In this document: positions 16,599-18,731 of the stretch, in pieces
Layout: each line of letters begins with the position of its first letter
Numbering within the stretch: position 1 is the stretch's first letter
Assembly: GCA_043827025.1 (NCBI GenBank)
Contig: JBDRPL010000014.1
Span: 1-18,731 of the forward strand
Reading direction: 5' to 3'
DNA: 18,731 nt
From: Candidatus Micrarchaeota archaeon
GTDB taxonomy: Archaea > Micrarchaeota > Micrarchaeia > Anstonellales > Bilamarchaeaceae
The notes under the pieces: model-generated
Told to the model about the DNA's origin: nothing
What the model saw: only the letters and a program-made list of their open reading frames with translations
Databases searched by the model: none
Translations under genes and position numbers: made by a program

Positions 16599-17969
16599 TT
16601 GTCAGGAGTAGATGAAGTATTGAAATATATTGCAACCAATGAAATAAAATGGATAGATTTGCAGTTCTTTGATATCAAAGGCTTCATGCACCGCACAACT
16701 ATTTCAAACAAGCAAATCGATGATAAACTGTTCGAGAAAGGCATTGATGCTGCAGACTTGACAAAGGTGTTCGGAAAAAGCGAACAGGGAGAATTAGTGC
16801 TTGTGCCTGACCCTGATACAATGGCAAGGATACCTTGGGAACCCTCAACAATACGATTCCTATGCGATGTTAGAGTGGCAGATAAGAATGAAAGATTCCT
16901 AAAGGATTCCAGATATGTTGCAGAGAGGACTGAATCAAATATAGAAGCAATCGGCGCAAAGAGCATGCTTGTTGGCGCAGATGTGGAATTCAATATATTC
17001 GACAGTGCAACAACAGATAGAACCACTCCTGGAAGAGGAGGAGGAACACTTATAGAATCACGGGAAGCTCCGTGGAGCCCTACCACATTGGCAGGATTTG
17101 AAAAAGGTTCGTTCATAGCAACTCCGTTTGATACTATGTATGGCGCAAGGGCGCAGATTGCAGAAACAATGGAAGAAAGTTTTGGAGTCACTATAGACGG
17201 CCACAGGCACGGAAGATCAAAAATGGGACAGCAAATGCTTGACATACAGGAGTATCCTGTAAAGATGGCTGCTGATGCACTCACAAGTGTAAAGTATGTT
17301 GCACGCAGCCTGGGGAATGCAGTAAATGCTTCTGTTACTTTCATGCCTTATCCTATAGACGGCGAAACAGGGAATTCATTGAACATCCATCAAAGCATAT
17401 GGAAAGCATCTGACAAAAATGTCTTCTACGATGGCGAGGACAATTATGCCCAGATAAGCCAAACTGCAAGATATTATATCGGCGGAATATTGGAGCATAC
17501 GCCTGCATTGACTTTCCTCACCAACCCAACAACCAACTCATACAGGAGATTGGCTGCTGACCCAAAAACAGTAGGGTGGAGCAAAGAGGACAGAAACGCA
17601 GTTGTAAGGGTTCCGACAGTGAAAAAGAATTACAAGGAAACAAAAAGAATCACATATACCCTTGCAGACCCTAGCGTGAATCCCCATCTTGCATACTCTG
17701 CAATAATAGCAGCAGGCCTTGATGGAGTAAAAAACAAAATAGAGCCAGGCTATCCGACTGAAAGCAGTAAGGAAAGCAAAAAGAAGAAAATTGAATTGCC
17801 GATGGGCCTTTACCAAAGTATTGAGGCATTCGGATCCGATTCGAAATTCCTAAAAGGGCTTGTGCCAAAAGAGATCGTCGAAGAACTTGTTGATCTGAAA
17901 TACGAAGAGATAAAGAACTCCAGCAAATCGATACCTGCATGGGAAATGGCAAAGTATTTCAATATCTAA
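16599..17969 (+). CDS. glnA: Glutamine synthetase type I-fold protein with a degenerate active site (probable pseudoenzyme)
   Basis: WIDLQFFDIKG, LVPDPDT, VTFMPYP, IHQSIW, YYIGGILEH, NPTTNSYRRL, DPSVNPHLA, GLDGVKNKIEPG. Family call is firm, but most metal ligands are substituted. TTG start. Confidence 0.9.
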   Translation: MSGVDEVLKYIATNEIKWIDLQFFDIKGFMHRTTISNKQIDDKLFEKGIDAADLTKVFGKSEQGELVLVPDPDTMARIPWEPSTIRFLCDVRVADKNERFLKDSRYVAERTESNIEAIGAKSMLVGADVEFNIFDSATTDRTTPGRGGGTLIESREAPWSPTTLAGFEKGSFIATPFDTMYGARAQIAETMEESFGVTIDGHRHGRSKMGQQMLDIQEYPVKMAADALTSVKYVARSLGNAVNASVTFMPYPIDGETGNSLNIHQSIWKASDKNVFYDGEDNYAQISQTARYYIGGILEHTPALTFLTNPTTNSYRRLAADPKTVGWSKEDRNAVVRVPTVKKNYKETKRITYTLADPSVNPHLAYSAIIAAGLDGVKNKIEPGYPTESSKESKKKKIELPMGLYQSIEAFGSDSKFLKGLVPKEIVEELVDLKYEEIKNSSKSIPAWEMAKYFNI

Positions 17970-17970
17970 A

Positions 17971-18026
17971 CTTTTTTTATTTTAATTTTATTGTTTTGTT
18001 TTTGCTCATTCTTGTTTCGTATTTTT
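17971..18026 (+). terminator. T-rich terminator region after the GS-like gene
   Basis: CTTTTTTTATTTTAATTTTATTGTTTTGTTTTTG directly after the TAA. Confidence 0.6.
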
Positions 18027-18707
18027 TTATTTTCCCATGCAGCATTTCTTGAATTTCCTACCGCTTCCGCAAAGGCAAGGATCATTCCTTCCAACATTCG
18101 AAGCAGTCAAACCATTGAATCTTGCATCAACGAGGACCAATGTTGAATCCACAACTTCAAACCTTTCCTGCAAACGTGGATCACTAAAACAACCAGTATC
18201 GCATTCAGGAAGAGGGGTTGATCTCGTTCTTAAGATGTCTAATGATCTTCCGAAATGGCTGCTAAAAGCTTCTGGGCTTTCTTCAGTTGCAAAAACATCT
18301 AAACTAGCATCATTTTCTGAACCTAATGCCTTGGCAACTTCCTTACGTTCAGCTAATTGCTTGGTTCTCAAAGCAAGCAAAACTCTTGCACCTGAATTAC
18401 ATAATTCAGGAAGATGGGGAATAAGCGCGCCTTTTGCAGAGACGATAGTTTGAAACGGATCAGGTGTCTTTCCTTCCATGCTTGAAAGGTCGGTGATGCC
18501 GCCTATACACATCATTACAACTGCATCCAATTTTACATTCAACAAACGAAGAAGATGTTTCGTGTGCTCGAATGTTCTTGTATCATCAGCAATCAATGTG
18601 ACCGAAGGGACCCCACAGCAAGCTGATAGGGTATGCCCCATTCGGTCACAGCTTGTCGTGACCTTGAGGTCACGAACATGATCGTGAATACAAAACATTC
18701 GCGACAT
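18027..18707 (-). CDS. Hypothetical protein with a C-terminal SEC-C metal-binding motif; may start beyond the window
   Basis: VGRNDPCLCGSGRKFKKCC at the C-terminus. The frame stays open for the 8 codons from 18707 to the window edge. Confidence 0.8.
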   Translation of the reverse strand: MSRMFCIHDHVRDLKVTTSCDRMGHTLSACCGVPSVTLIADDTRTFEHTKHLLRLLNVKLDAVVMMCIGGITDLSSMEGKTPDPFQTIVSAKGALIPHLPELCNSGARVLLALRTKQLAERKEVAKALGSENDASLDVFATEESPEAFSSHFGRSLDILRTRSTPLPECDTGCFSDPRLQERFEVVDSTLVLVDARFNGLTASNVGRNDPCLCGSGRKFKKCCMGK

Positions 18708-18731
18708 TGAAAAACTGGGTTTCGCTGCACA

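Noticed and set aside
16595..17344. 249-aa antisense ORF, plus other antisense ORFs (e.g. 1940-2368, 3267-3626, 7120-7539, 10621-10992, 15930-16349, 18037-18453)
   Set aside because: They lie opposite better-supported genes and have no motifs or expression signals. Typical shadow ORFs.

Overview
Gene-dense archaeal window. It has a class I CCA-adding enzyme, two PurP paralogues, an Lrp/AsnC regulator, TATA/BRE promoters, many apparently leaderless starts and GGTGAT ribosome-binding sites. A DPANN/Micrarchaeota-like origin is my inference only. Conserved genes (cca, purP x2, uppS, Lrp, ACT, DUF2085) are interleaved with orphans: a membrane Ser/Thr kinase split by one in-frame TGA, a six-repeat lipoprotein-like surface protein whose TATA position is an (AT)9 microsatellite, a membrane protein ending in a Roadblock-like domain, an HExxH protein, three tandem methyltransferase-fold paralogues (two degenerate, sharing a duplicated 27-bp promoter element) and a SEC-C protein. 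The most striking feature is an intact, full-length glutamine-synthetase-fold gene that has lost most metal and catalytic residues, probably a GS pseudoenzyme. No rRNA, tRNA, CRISPR array or mobile element was seen. Several starts in the ORF track were moved downstream. All family calls come from motif recognition by eye, not from database searches.
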